Shown: positions 22,994-31,889, counted from the stretch's first letter. The stretch is 33,549 nucleotides of DNA from an uncultured Candidatus Saccharibacteria bacterium (GCA_964526165.1 CAZGKK010000002.1:1-33549), one strand, 5' to 3'. Numbers and translations are program-made. The notes: a model not told the origin generated them from the sequence alone.

Positions 22994-25537
22994 TTAGGTA
23001 CCTAAAATGATTTTACCCTCTTCATCAGCTACAACTTTTCTAGCCTCTCCGATTTCTTCTGGTGTTACAGAAACTCCATATACACCTGATTGAACACAGT
23101 ATTTAAGTAAAGGTTTACTATTTTCGACAACAACAATAACTCGACCAGTTTTTCCCTTAACAGATCCAATAACATTGTCTACAACCTTAAATACACTTGA
23201 CCTAGCCAAATCATATCTAGCATCATCTTCATCAACCTTAAACCCTTGCATCTGTTTTGCAACCCTAGGAGTATTCAAAATGACACCATCTATCTTTGTA
23301 TTCACAATCTCATCAACAAGTATTACCTCAGAAGGATTATCTATAATTACATAAAGATTAAAGGAGGACATTCTTCTTAATTTCTCACCAAGAAGTTGTT
23401 TCTTTATTTCTTTCATAACATCCTCGTTCATTGGAGCATGAATACCCAATGAAACATTTCTTTTTTTGTAAACATTTCGTATTCTTCTGACTATTCTTGC
23501 TACTCTTCTAAGAAGTTCCGGATTACTGATGTAATGTGCAGCTCCATATGCTTCAGCTGAAAGTGAATCGTCCTCAAATTTCTTCCCACCTACCAATGCT
23601 CTAAAATCCTTAACCTTGGCAGAACCAATTGAGAGAACAACCTCATTTCCCTTAACCAGATTTATATAGTCAAGAAGTATCTCACAAATTTTCTTAGTAT
23701 AGTCAACAAATTTTTTCTCTTCCACATACTGTAAAATGTGTCGACCATCTTTAAGCATTATTTCATCTAAATCGATGTATACTATTCCGTTGGAATTTCC
23801 GACATAGTTGAAAATTTCTTTAGAACTCCTATCCGCAAATGCAAATACTTTTGTAGCTGTGGGGGGAAGGGTAATATCTTTCAGTGGTGTAGAATCATCT
23901 TGATTTTCAATCTCTATCAATTCCTTGTCTGTTGGCATCACATTACCTTTTGCATAAGCATCAGCTACAGGATGCAATTCACTATTTATTTCATTGGCTA
24001 GTTTAGAACTCTTGTATACCGTTCCAGCATTCCCATCTAACTTTACAATATCACCGTTCTTTAGAAGAGAGGAGGCTGTAGCGACACCAACTACTGCAGG
24101 AATATTAAACTCCCGACAAAGAATTGCAGTGTCACTTGTAAGACCTCCAGTTTCCATTAAAACACCTCCAGCAGAAATTATCATCTTCTCCATTTCTGAA
24201 GAGAATCTTTTTATCAAAAGGACATCCGCTTTCGTAAACTTTCTATCTTCAGGTCCATCAACTATTCGTATCTTTCCAGTTACAGTACCAAAGCTTGCAC
24301 CAATACCTGAAATTATGAAATCCTCTCTCTTTGTTTCCTCCTTCATCAACTCCGTATCCAATTCTTTCTTTGCTTGGAAAATCAACTCTTCTAATCTCTT
24401 GATGTCCTCATCATTGTTTTTCTCAACAATCTTTTTTGCTTCAGTCATTGCAGAAGAGATCATTTGATCTTTACTTTTATACTTTTCTACAAAACCAAGA
24501 ATCTCTTCTCGAATGCTTGACCTTACAGTAAAGAGAGCTTCGTTCTGAATTTCGTATTCGAAGGATTTGTATATCACCGGCTTGTTCTGCAAAATCCAGA
24601 ATCTACCACCTGAAAGTACCCATTCAATATTCTGAGGCTCACCAGTTCTATCTTCAATTACCAAAGCTATCTTTGAAATCTCTTCAATATCCCTATCACC
24701 TAATTTCTGTTTATGACTCCAACCTTTTGAAATCTTTATTTTTTCAATCCCTTGAGACATTTTCTTAGCTTGCTTCATTGTCCTAACTTTCATCCACTCT
24801 TGAGGAGAAATATGTTTCTCGACTGTTGATAAGTCTTTCTTGTTCAAAAGGTACGTATCTGGTGTTATCTCACCCAAAGAAATCACATCACCCAAACCAT
24901 ATACAGCTTCAATATTTAATTTTGTATTCTCTTGGCTGATTGGATCAACTGTATACACAATACCTGCGACTTCGGATTGAACCATTTTTTGAACAACAAC
25001 AGCCATTTTAACATCTGCAATGTCAATATTCATTCTGCTAGCATAGGCTACGACATCATCACAAAACATAGAAGAAAAAATTCTTTTAATTGAAGGTAGA
25101 AGTTCATCATATTTTCTTACATTTAATTCTGTAGAAAAAATTCCAGTAAAGGAAACATCTTTTTCAGAAGGGAACACTACTGAAGACCTTACAGAAACCC
25201 AAGCATCACTAAAACCAGAAAGTCTTGTATATGCTGAGAGGATTTCATTCTGAACCTCTTTCTCAAATATTTCATTCACAATCACAGCTTCAACTTCATT
25301 GGCCTCAGGATTTTTCCCCTTAGTTAGTAATTTTTCTTTGTTTCCGTCAAATACTTTTAAGGTATGTTTAACAAAAACATCACTTGAAAGCACAAAAAAT
25401 TCAGGGACTGGAACATCCATATCTTTTAGTTTAAAAAGACTCAGACCTTTTCTTCCAACCTTCTCCTCGTTTAACTCTTTTGCTGAATAGTCTTCAAAAA
25501 AGTATACAATAGGTTTTTTTGAAGTTTCATTACTCAT
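22994..25537 (-). CDS. PEP synthase / pyruvate-water dikinase-like three-domain protein with a non-canonical swivel domain (His replaced by Asp)
   Basis: 847-aa ORF. ATP-grasp motifs are VGRKG, VRSS, VVQKMV, AVYGLGD and NIEW. The swivel motif reads GGLTSDTAILCREFNIPAVVG. The C-terminal ~300 aa align by eye to the PEP-utilizer barrel. Confidence 0.8.
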   Translation of the reverse strand: MSNETSKKPIVYFFEDYSAKELNEEKVGRKGLSLFKLKDMDVPVPEFFVLSSDVFVKHTLKVFDGNKEKLLTKGKNPEANEVEAVIVNEIFEKEVQNEILSAYTRLSGFSDAWVSVRSSVVFPSEKDVSFTGIFSTELNVRKYDELLPSIKRIFSSMFCDDVVAYASRMNIDIADVKMAVVVQKMVQSEVAGIVYTVDPISQENTKLNIEAVYGLGDVISLGEITPDTYLLNKKDLSTVEKHISPQEWMKVRTMKQAKKMSQGIEKIKISKGWSHKQKLGDRDIEEISKIALVIEDRTGEPQNIEWVLSGGRFWILQNKPVIYKSFEYEIQNEALFTVRSSIREEILGFVEKYKSKDQMISSAMTEAKKIVEKNNDEDIKRLEELIFQAKKELDTELMKEETKREDFIISGIGASFGTVTGKIRIVDGPEDRKFTKADVLLIKRFSSEMEKMIISAGGVLMETGGLTSDTAILCREFNIPAVVGVATASSLLKNGDIVKLDGNAGTVYKSSKLANEINSELHPVADAYAKGNVMPTDKELIEIENQDDSTPLKDITLPPTATKVFAFADRSSKEIFNYVGNSNGIVYIDLDEIMLKDGRHILQYVEEKKFVDYTKKICEILLDYINLVKGNEVVLSIGSAKVKDFRALVGGKKFEDDSLSAEAYGAAHYISNPELLRRVARIVRRIRNVYKKRNVSLGIHAPMNEDVMKEIKKQLLGEKLRRMSSFNLYVIIDNPSEVILVDEIVNTKIDGVILNTPRVAKQMQGFKVDEDDARYDLARSSVFKVVDNVIGSVKGKTGRVIVVVENSKPLLKYCVQSGVYGVSVTPEEIGEARKVVADEEGKIILGT

Positions 25538-25569
25538 GACTTAGGGCAGTAAAAAACTTAAATCAATAT

Positions 25570-26673
25570 CTAATTAACAATACCTTTAGCTTCTAATTTT
25601 TGCAAGTCTATATAGAATTCATATAAGATTTTAATCAAAACAATTAGAGGAACTGATACAACTGCACCTAATGGACCTGCGAAAATCAACATTACAATAG
25701 CTCCCACCATTACGTAGAATGGTTTTACTCCAACAACATTTCCCATTACTTTAGGTATAATGAAATTGTTCTCAAATTGCTGATATAAGACCATTAGAAC
25801 AAGAATAATAATTGCATTAATTGGACCCAAAGTAATCAAAGAAACCAGTCCTACTACGAAACCGCCTAATGTGGCTCCAATACTTGGTATTGCATCCATT
25901 AAACCGACAAAAACAGCAAGGGGTATTGCGAAAGGTACTTTGAAGAGTGAAAGTAAAACAACGGAGAACAAAGTAGTAATCAAACTTACAGTTCCCTGAC
26001 CAAGCACCCATCCTCCTAATTTGTTCTCTACTTCAGCAATTAATTGTTTAACCCTTTGAGTTTTTTCTTTTGAACGAATTCTTACAAATAACACATCAGC
26101 TAAGGAATCATGCTCTGATACCAAATATATTGACAATACTGTTGCAGAAAGTAGAGTGGTAAACCCACTAAAAAATCCCCCAAGAGTTGTTGTGATATTC
26201 TTAAAATTTTCCGAAGTTGTCAAAGAAGCAAACCATTCAGAAACAGATTTTTCTACAGATGCTAATTCAAGAGTAAGTCCCCCGACATTAAAATCACTAA
26301 CGGAATCCAATACTTTTGAAATCCAGTTTGGTAAAGCCTGAACAAGACCCCCTAACTGGCTTATGAAGGGTACTACTATGACAGCTAAAATCGCTAGTAT
26401 AAAAAGGATCATTGAAAAATATGCGAGAAATATCGACCAACCCTTTGTCATTTTTCTCTTTAAAAACCAATTAACAATAGGCCTCATTGAGCACATAAAA
26501 ACGAATGAAAGCATCAGGAAAAGTAGGATTGACAGTAATTGTTTTCCAAAAAAGATCATGGAAACCAAAAACAGTATCAGAGCAAAAAGTGAGGGCGACA
26601 AATCAATTTGAACTTTTCTTGTTCCTGAAGCTCCTGAACCACTCAAACTTTCCACTGAATATATCTTAGGCAT
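25570..26673 (-). CDS. AI-2E (PerM/YhhT, UPF0118) family transporter
   Basis: 367-aa polytopic membrane ORF. It carries the family-typical segment LGGWVLGQGTVSLITTLFSVVLLSLFKVPFAIPLAVFVGLMDAIPSIGATLGG. Confidence 0.75.
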   Translation of the reverse strand: MPKIYSVESLSGSGASGTRKVQIDLSPSLFALILFLVSMIFFGKQLLSILLFLMLSFVFMCSMRPIVNWFLKRKMTKGWSIFLAYFSMILFILAILAVIVVPFISQLGGLVQALPNWISKVLDSVSDFNVGGLTLELASVEKSVSEWFASLTTSENFKNITTTLGGFFSGFTTLLSATVLSIYLVSEHDSLADVLFVRIRSKEKTQRVKQLIAEVENKLGGWVLGQGTVSLITTLFSVVLLSLFKVPFAIPLAVFVGLMDAIPSIGATLGGFVVGLVSLITLGPINAIIILVLMVLYQQFENNFIIPKVMGNVVGVKPFYVMVGAIVMLIFAGPLGAVVSVPLIVLIKILYEFYIDLQKLEAKGIVN

Positions 26674-26724
26674 AGGTATTGTAAATAATTATATTATCAT
26701 TAATATAATACCACAATACTGATG

Positions 26725-27660
26725 TTAGATTCTATTTTTTTTTGCAATTACAACTCCAGAACTTGCAACAAAAGCTATCAAAGCCAAAAGTCCTAAAAGA
26801 CTCATTATTTTTGTGTCATTGAGGATAGAAAGTGCTAGCTCAAGCTCTCCAGCAGCAACTGGTAAATCAGAATCAATTACTGCATTTCCATTTACAGAAC
26901 TTGCTTTTGAATAAAGTACTGTTACTTTTTCCTCAACTTCTTTACTATTTCCAGCTTCATCTTTCAACACTACTGAAAATACATTTGTTCCTTCATCTCT
27001 CAGAGAGATATCTTTAACTACAAATTTGCCATCACTTCCTACTTCAGTTTCATAAATATCTGTTCCTCTTTTGACAACAACTGTACTTCCTGGCTCTCCC
27101 TCCCCAACAACTGCAAAAGTTTCAGTTCCAACTTCTTTTGAATAATTAATCTTTGCTAATTCAGGTGCAGTTCTGTCAACAGATACAATGATTGGATCAG
27201 ATTTCGGAGTAACTAACTTTTTAAAGAAACCTTTAATTGCTGAAACTGATACTATATATTTCCCCTCATCAGCAACCTTATGAATATATTCAAATTTACC
27301 ATCTTTATTTATCTTTGCTGTTCCAACAAGTTCGTTATCAACATATACCTGTGCTTTGTTAAATCCTTGAGCATCACCTTTGACAACTACTTCATCCCCA
27401 TTCACCGCTTTGAGTGTCTCCGTTAATGACGGTGCAGTTAAAGACTCATCTAATTTAGGATTGTTATTGTTTTTAATATAAGAAAAAATCCCATAACCAA
27501 TTAGAAGTAATCCGAAAACAATAAACAAAGTCCCAATTAGTCTAGATAAATAATTTTCTTTCTTTTCCTTTATCTCAACTTTTGATACCATACTATCTTT
27601 GGAATTGTTCGCTTTATTATTATAATTATTCTTGGCAGAATTATATTTTTTCTTTGCCAC
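26725..27660 (-). CDS. Surface protein with Ig-like (Big-type) repeats and a C-terminal sorting-signal-like tail
   Basis: 311-aa ORF with a GTG start; an alternative ATG lies at 27591. It has an N-terminal TM/signal anchor and beta-rich repeats (VVVKGDAQGF...GKFEY; GSTVVVKRGTD...GKFVV). The C-terminus reads LPVAAG, then 13 aa, a hydrophobic helix and KKNRI. Confidence 0.6.
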   Translation of the reverse strand: MAKKKYNSAKNNYNNKANNSKDSMVSKVEIKEKKENYLSRLIGTLFIVFGLLLIGYGIFSYIKNNNNPKLDESLTAPSLTETLKAVNGDEVVVKGDAQGFNKAQVYVDNELVGTAKINKDGKFEYIHKVADEGKYIVSVSAIKGFFKKLVTPKSDPIIVSVDRTAPELAKINYSKEVGTETFAVVGEGEPGSTVVVKRGTDIYETEVGSDGKFVVKDISLRDEGTNVFSVVLKDEAGNSKEVEEKVTVLYSKASSVNGNAVIDSDLPVAAGELELALSILNDTKIMSLLGLLALIAFVASSGVVIAKKNRI

Positions 27661-27761
27661 GTTTGACCCATATTAAAATTTATATAGTCGCTAGTTTAGG
27701 ATAATATAATTTACTAAATAATGCAACAGTTTTCAAAATTTAGTAGAATAACACAATACTT

Positions 27762-28448
27762 ATGAATAAATTAATTAAAATCTTATTAACACTATTCCTT
27801 TTACTATTGGTAATCATTCCAATGGCAGTTTTTATTACATATCCGTATTACAATGATATTGCGCTAAAAATAAAGGATTTAAATGTTTACAATACAACAA
27901 AAAATACTTTCATAACATTTCTTACAACAGTTTCTCCTTCTCCAGAAAAATTTAAAATTGAAGAATTTAGCTCAAACTCAATTGAAGAATCTCTTCAATC
28001 TCAAGATGTTATTCTAGAAAATAAACTTCTTGAAGAGCTTGGTACTACTCTTGTTCTCGAGAACGTTCTTATAGAAGGTAAAGTATTTCAGGGAATATCT
28101 TCTAAAACGATGGATACAGGATTCTGGCATTTTCCTCTTTCAAAATATCCTGGTCAAAAAGGAAATGCAGTAATAATTGGACATCGCTTCTTCAACATCC
28201 CACCAGCAAAAGATACTTTTTTTAATCTGGATAAAGTTAAGATTGGAGACCCGATAACATTAAAACATAGTGAAGGAGAATGGAAATACATAGTAACAGA
28301 AATTAAGATCGTGAACGATAATGACCTTTCCATTTTGAAAGATACCGATGATTACCGACTTACCCTCGTTACCTGTACCCCTCTTTGGACTTCAGAGAAA
28401 AGATTAGTCATTATTTCTAAACTAGACAAACTTTATCAAAAAGTATAG
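27762..28448 (+). CDS. Sortase-family transpeptidase
   Basis: 228-aa ORF with an N-terminal TM anchor. Catalytic His lies in NAVIIGHRF, the TLxTC motif reads LTLVTCTP, and a downstream Arg lies in KRLVII. Confidence 0.8.
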   Translation: MNKLIKILLTLFLLLLVIIPMAVFITYPYYNDIALKIKDLNVYNTTKNTFITFLTTVSPSPEKFKIEEFSSNSIEESLQSQDVILENKLLEELGTTLVLENVLIEGKVFQGISSKTMDTGFWHFPLSKYPGQKGNAVIIGHRFFNIPPAKDTFFNLDKVKIGDPITLKHSEGEWKYIVTEIKIVNDNDLSILKDTDDYRLTLVTCTPLWTSEKRLVIISKLDKLYQKV

Positions 28449-28479
28449 AATTACAAGCATAAATTAACACATTCACTTA

Positions 28480-29505
28480 ATGGAAGATTTTTACAAACGA
28501 GTAGATTTAGACAAAAGTACTGTCGAGTTTACTATTACAATACCTAAAGATTCTTTTGCTAAAAGTTACAAGGCAATGCTTGATCAAGAATTAAGCAATA
28601 CAAAAATTGATGGCTTTAGGAAAGGTAAAGTACCCTCGAAATTAGTCGAATCCGAAATAGGTGCAAGTGTAAAAATAAAAACATTTGAGAAAATGTTACC
28701 AATGTTTCTTACTACAGCATTACAAAAAGAAAATCTGAACCCTATTGCTCCACCAAATTACAAGAACTTTCCAGATTTAACAAAGGATGGGGATTTAGTC
28801 ATTTCCGTTGATATTACAATCATGCCCGAGTTCAAACTTGGGAATCTAAAGGAAATCAAGATCAAAAAAGAAGATACAGAGGTTCTGAAAAAAGAAATCG
28901 ATGAGGCTCTTGAAAGCCTTTTTAAGAATGAGAACCTTGGGGAAAAAGAAATTAATGAGAAATGGGCAAAAGGAATTTCAACAAAGTTAAATGTTGAGAA
29001 TGTCAAAACACTAAAAGACCTTGAAGAATTTGTTAAGAATACAATCGAGAATCAGAAAAAAATCGTTTCCAGAAGAAAAGCCGAGGATGATGCTTTGAAT
29101 CAAGCTATTCAATTAAGTAAGATAGAGATCCCTCAATCTGCAATACAGTATGAAGCGGAGGAGAGGGAGCATTCATTCGTTCATGATTTAGGTCATGATG
29201 ATACAAAGATAGATGCATTCCTCAAATCTAACAACATTACGATGGAAAAAATGAGAGAACTTTGGTTGAAGGATGCGAAAGAAGCACTAGCTACCGACGT
29301 GTTTTTGAAGTTGTATTCAAATGGAAAGAATATTCAAGTAACCGACGAAGATTTAGAAAAAAAAGTTAAAGAGATTAAGGATAAATCTCCTCAAGTAGAA
29401 GATAAGACAATTTTTGAGAATGAAGAATGGAGAGAATATGTCAGAAGAGTGGAAGAAAAGGAAAGAGCCTTTAGAGAATTTTCAAAGGAAGTTTTAGGGA
29501 AGTAA
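28480..29505 (+). CDS. tig: Trigger factor (short form lacking the PPIase domain)
   Basis: 341-aa ORF with the ribosome-binding signature GFRKGKVP in the N-domain and a C-terminal chaperone arm domain. It sits in the tig-clpP position. Confidence 0.8.
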   Translation: MEDFYKRVDLDKSTVEFTITIPKDSFAKSYKAMLDQELSNTKIDGFRKGKVPSKLVESEIGASVKIKTFEKMLPMFLTTALQKENLNPIAPPNYKNFPDLTKDGDLVISVDITIMPEFKLGNLKEIKIKKEDTEVLKKEIDEALESLFKNENLGEKEINEKWAKGISTKLNVENVKTLKDLEEFVKNTIENQKKIVSRRKAEDDALNQAIQLSKIEIPQSAIQYEAEEREHSFVHDLGHDDTKIDAFLKSNNITMEKMRELWLKDAKEALATDVFLKLYSNGKNIQVTDEDLEKKVKEIKDKSPQVEDKTIFENEEWREYVRRVEEKERAFREFSKEVLGK

Positions 29506-29537
29506 TACTGCCAATTAATTTAAGATGATAGTAAAAA

Positions 29538-30119
29538 ATGGTTTTGATACCTACAGTCATTGAGAAGGAACGAGGCGGTGAAAGAGCCTATGACATTTAT
29601 TCCAGATTACTTAAGGATAGGATAGTTTTTGTTAGTGGTGAAATTGAAACTAACATGGCGAATACCGTTGTAGCTCAACTTCTTTTTTTGGAAAAAGATG
29701 ACCCCGATGCAGACATTCAGATGTTCATAAATTCCCCTGGTGGTCACATCACTGCAGGAATGGCAATAATTGACACTATGAATTACATCAAGCCGGAAGT
29801 TTCTACCACGGCAGTAGGTCTTGCAGCTTCAATGGGGACAATGCTTCTTATCAATGGTGAAAAAGGAAAAAGATTTGCTTTGCCAAATAGTAAAATCCAT
29901 ATTCATCAACCATTAGGTGGGGTAGAGGGACAAGCGAGTGATATTGCAATTGAGGCAAAAGAAATTTTGAAAATTAGAGAAAGTCTTTACAAAATGATTT
30001 CAGAAAAAACTGGCCGGTCTGTATCACAGATAACAAAAGATGCAGACAGAGATAAATATTTTACTGCTACCGAAGCGAAAGCTTACGGTTTGATAGATAA
30101 AATTATTAAAAAAAGATAA
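29538..30119 (+). CDS. clpP: ATP-dependent Clp protease proteolytic subunit
   Basis: 193-aa ORF with [17 protein letters not shown], catalytic Ser in GLAASMG, His in IHIHQPLGG and Asp in [20 protein letters not shown]. Confidence 0.9.
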   Translation: MVLIPTVIEKERGGERAYDIYSRLLKDRIVFVSGEIETNMANTVVAQLLFLEKDDPDADIQMFINSPGGHITAGMAIIDTMNYIKPEVSTTAVGLAASMGTMLLINGEKGKRFALPNSKIHIHQPLGGVEGQASDIAIEAKEILKIRESLYKMISEKTGRSVSQITKDADRDKYFTATEAKAYGLIDKIIKKR

Positions 30120-30637
30120 TGCCAGAGAGATACTATACTGAATCCCCAGACTCGTTTGAGGATGAAGACAAAGAAGGGAATTTAACATTCATTAGAAAGG
30201 ACCTTGAAGACATCTTCAATCAAGGATTCAATGGTGATTCGCAGACTGAAGAACTTGAGAATTTAACAGCCAAAGATGTTAAAGAATATATTTACGATAA
30301 TTTATTGAAGAGTGGAATCATTACAGCCCCGTTTGCAAACACTATTGATATAGAAAATTTCGATGAGACTGTTCAATTATGCGATTTTTTGTCCACCACA
30401 CTCACAAAATATCCACAAAAAGGAGAGATTCAAGTACATTTTCTAGAATCTGGAGATTTTGCAGCAACTGTTTCAGTTATACAAACAGGATCGCTGGGAG
30501 TAAGGGTAAAAGTAGAACTTTTAGAAGAATGTCCGAAATTTTTAGTAAAAAAATGGTACGAAATTGTAGATAAGAATTCTATCAACAACAAACAAAAGAG
30601 CAAGAAAGAAAAGATGGCTAAAAGAAAAGTATGGTAA
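30119..30637 (+). CDS. Hypothetical acidic protein with basic C-terminal tail, translationally coupled to clpP
   Basis: 172-aa ORF whose ATG overlaps the clpP stop (TAATG). I recognise no motif. Confidence 0.6.
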   Translation: MPERYYTESPDSFEDEDKEGNLTFIRKDLEDIFNQGFNGDSQTEELENLTAKDVKEYIYDNLLKSGIITAPFANTIDIENFDETVQLCDFLSTTLTKYPQKGEIQVHFLESGDFAATVSVIQTGSLGVRVKVELLEECPKFLVKKWYEIVDKNSINNKQKSKKEKMAKRKVW

Positions 30638-30665
30638 AAATATTTAACATATTATTTATTTAAAA

Positions 30666-31109
30666 ATGGATAATAACTACGAACAAGAAAAAACTTTAAA
30701 TTGGGAAGAAGAAATAGATAATGAGATTGAGGAAACATTAGAAAAAGATTACCGGTATTCCTTTACCTATTTAAAATTTAGAGATATTAGCCTTCGGGAC
30801 ATAGATAGACACATGTTAGATAAATTTGAAAGAGAATTTCCTTCCGTTATCCCTTCAAAAATATATTCCCACGTTGGATTGACGACTTTTGCAAACGATG
30901 CTAATTTTCATGCGGAGATGCCACAAGATCTCAAAACCCAACCTCTTTATTTCATCATAAGGGGAGACAACGTTGTTGCATTTTTACCCTTAGAAAACAT
31001 TGAAGAGGACAGGATTGATTGTTATTTCTTCCATAGATCTAGCTTCCAAGACAACGGTATTTTAAGAGAGAAATATGCGGAAGTACTTTATAAGTTGAAT
31101 AAAGATTAA
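30666..31109 (+). CDS. Hypothetical acidic protein
   Basis: 147-aa ORF, 28 nt downstream of the previous gene on the same strand. I recognise no motif. Confidence 0.55.
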   Translation: MDNNYEQEKTLNWEEEIDNEIEETLEKDYRYSFTYLKFRDISLRDIDRHMLDKFEREFPSVIPSKIYSHVGLTTFANDANFHAEMPQDLKTQPLYFIIRGDNVVAFLPLENIEEDRIDCYFFHRSSFQDNGILREKYAEVLYKLNKD

Positions 31110-31135
31110 AAAAAAGATAGAATTGTTTCTGTTAT

Positions 31136-31209
31136 GGGCGATTAGCTCAGCTGGTTAGAGCGTCACATTGACATTGTGGAGGTCACAGGTTCGAGCCCCG
31201 TATCGCCCA
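31136..31209 (+). tRNA. tRNA-Val (anticodon GAC), no encoded CCA
   Basis: It folds as a cloverleaf. Acceptor GGGCGAT/ATCGCCC; D-arm GCTC-AGCTGGTTA-GAGC; anticodon stem TCACA/TGTGG with loop TTGACAT; T-arm ACAGG-TTCGAGC-CCCGT (one A-C mismatch). The discriminator A is followed by TTT. Confidence 0.9.
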
Positions 31210-31210
31210 T

Positions 31211-31759
31211 TTACTTTTTCAAAACCTTTTCTTTGTGTAGATAATCTCCGTACTCTCCAGTAACTGGATCTCTAAATAAAAAAATTTTAGGGGGGTAATA
31301 TGAAAAGACTCCAAAAAGCATTACCAAAAGAAAAACAAATACCAAAGCAATAAAATCACCAAATAGAACATAATTGTTTTTTAGAACAAAATATTCAACA
31401 AGTAATCCAAGGAATATAGCTAGGTAAAAAATTATTATTGTGAATGCAAAAGGAACTTTCTTGATAAAAAACCTTAGAGGTTCAAAGAGAATTGGAATAG
31501 TAAGTATTTCAACAATTAACAAAAGAAGTACTCCGTTCCAAAAATTTTCATAAATACCCTGCAAAAAAATTAATTGTAGTAGAGAAACAAACAGAGTAGG
31601 TGCGAGAAGCATTTTCATATGCTCCCATGTACTCTCATTTAATGCAGAGAAAACATGTAAAAGGAAACCCCTTTTAAACCACCCATGTGTAAAATGAAAA
31701 AGAGTCCCCAAAGAAGAAATAAACAAAAATGAGATTATTAATACTCTTTGAAGTTCCAT
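31211..31759 (-). CDS. Hypothetical polytopic membrane protein
   Basis: About 182 aa with 5-6 hydrophobic helices. The ORF track starts at TTG 31765. I prefer ATG 31759, which lies 5 nt downstream of a TATATT box on the minus strand. Confidence 0.55.
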   Translation of the reverse strand: MELQRVLIISFLFISSLGTLFHFTHGWFKRGFLLHVFSALNESTWEHMKMLLAPTLFVSLLQLIFLQGIYENFWNGVLLLLIVEILTIPILFEPLRFFIKKVPFAFTIIIFYLAIFLGLLVEYFVLKNNYVLFGDFIALVFVFLLVMLFGVFSYYPPKIFLFRDPVTGEYGDYLHKEKVLKK

Positions 31760-31889
31760 AATCAAATATATTATATATATTTTCCCATTACAACACAGAA
31801 AGAAAGCACCAGCAATCTTTTACATTTGACAGGGTTATTCTAATTATATATAGTTTAAGGTTTGTTTTATTAATTTTTATCCTAAATTT

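Noticed and set aside
30379-30573. 64-aa same-strand alternative-frame ORF inside the 30119..30637 gene
   Set aside because: It is Arg/Ser-rich and out of frame, nested in a longer ORF that is translationally coupled to clpP. It has no independent start signal.
31766-31889. GlnR/TnrA (TGTNA-N7-TNACA) or NtcA (GTA-N8-TAC) operator upstream of glnA
   Set aside because: Only isolated half-site-like strings (TTACA, TGACA) are present, without the partner half at the required spacing.
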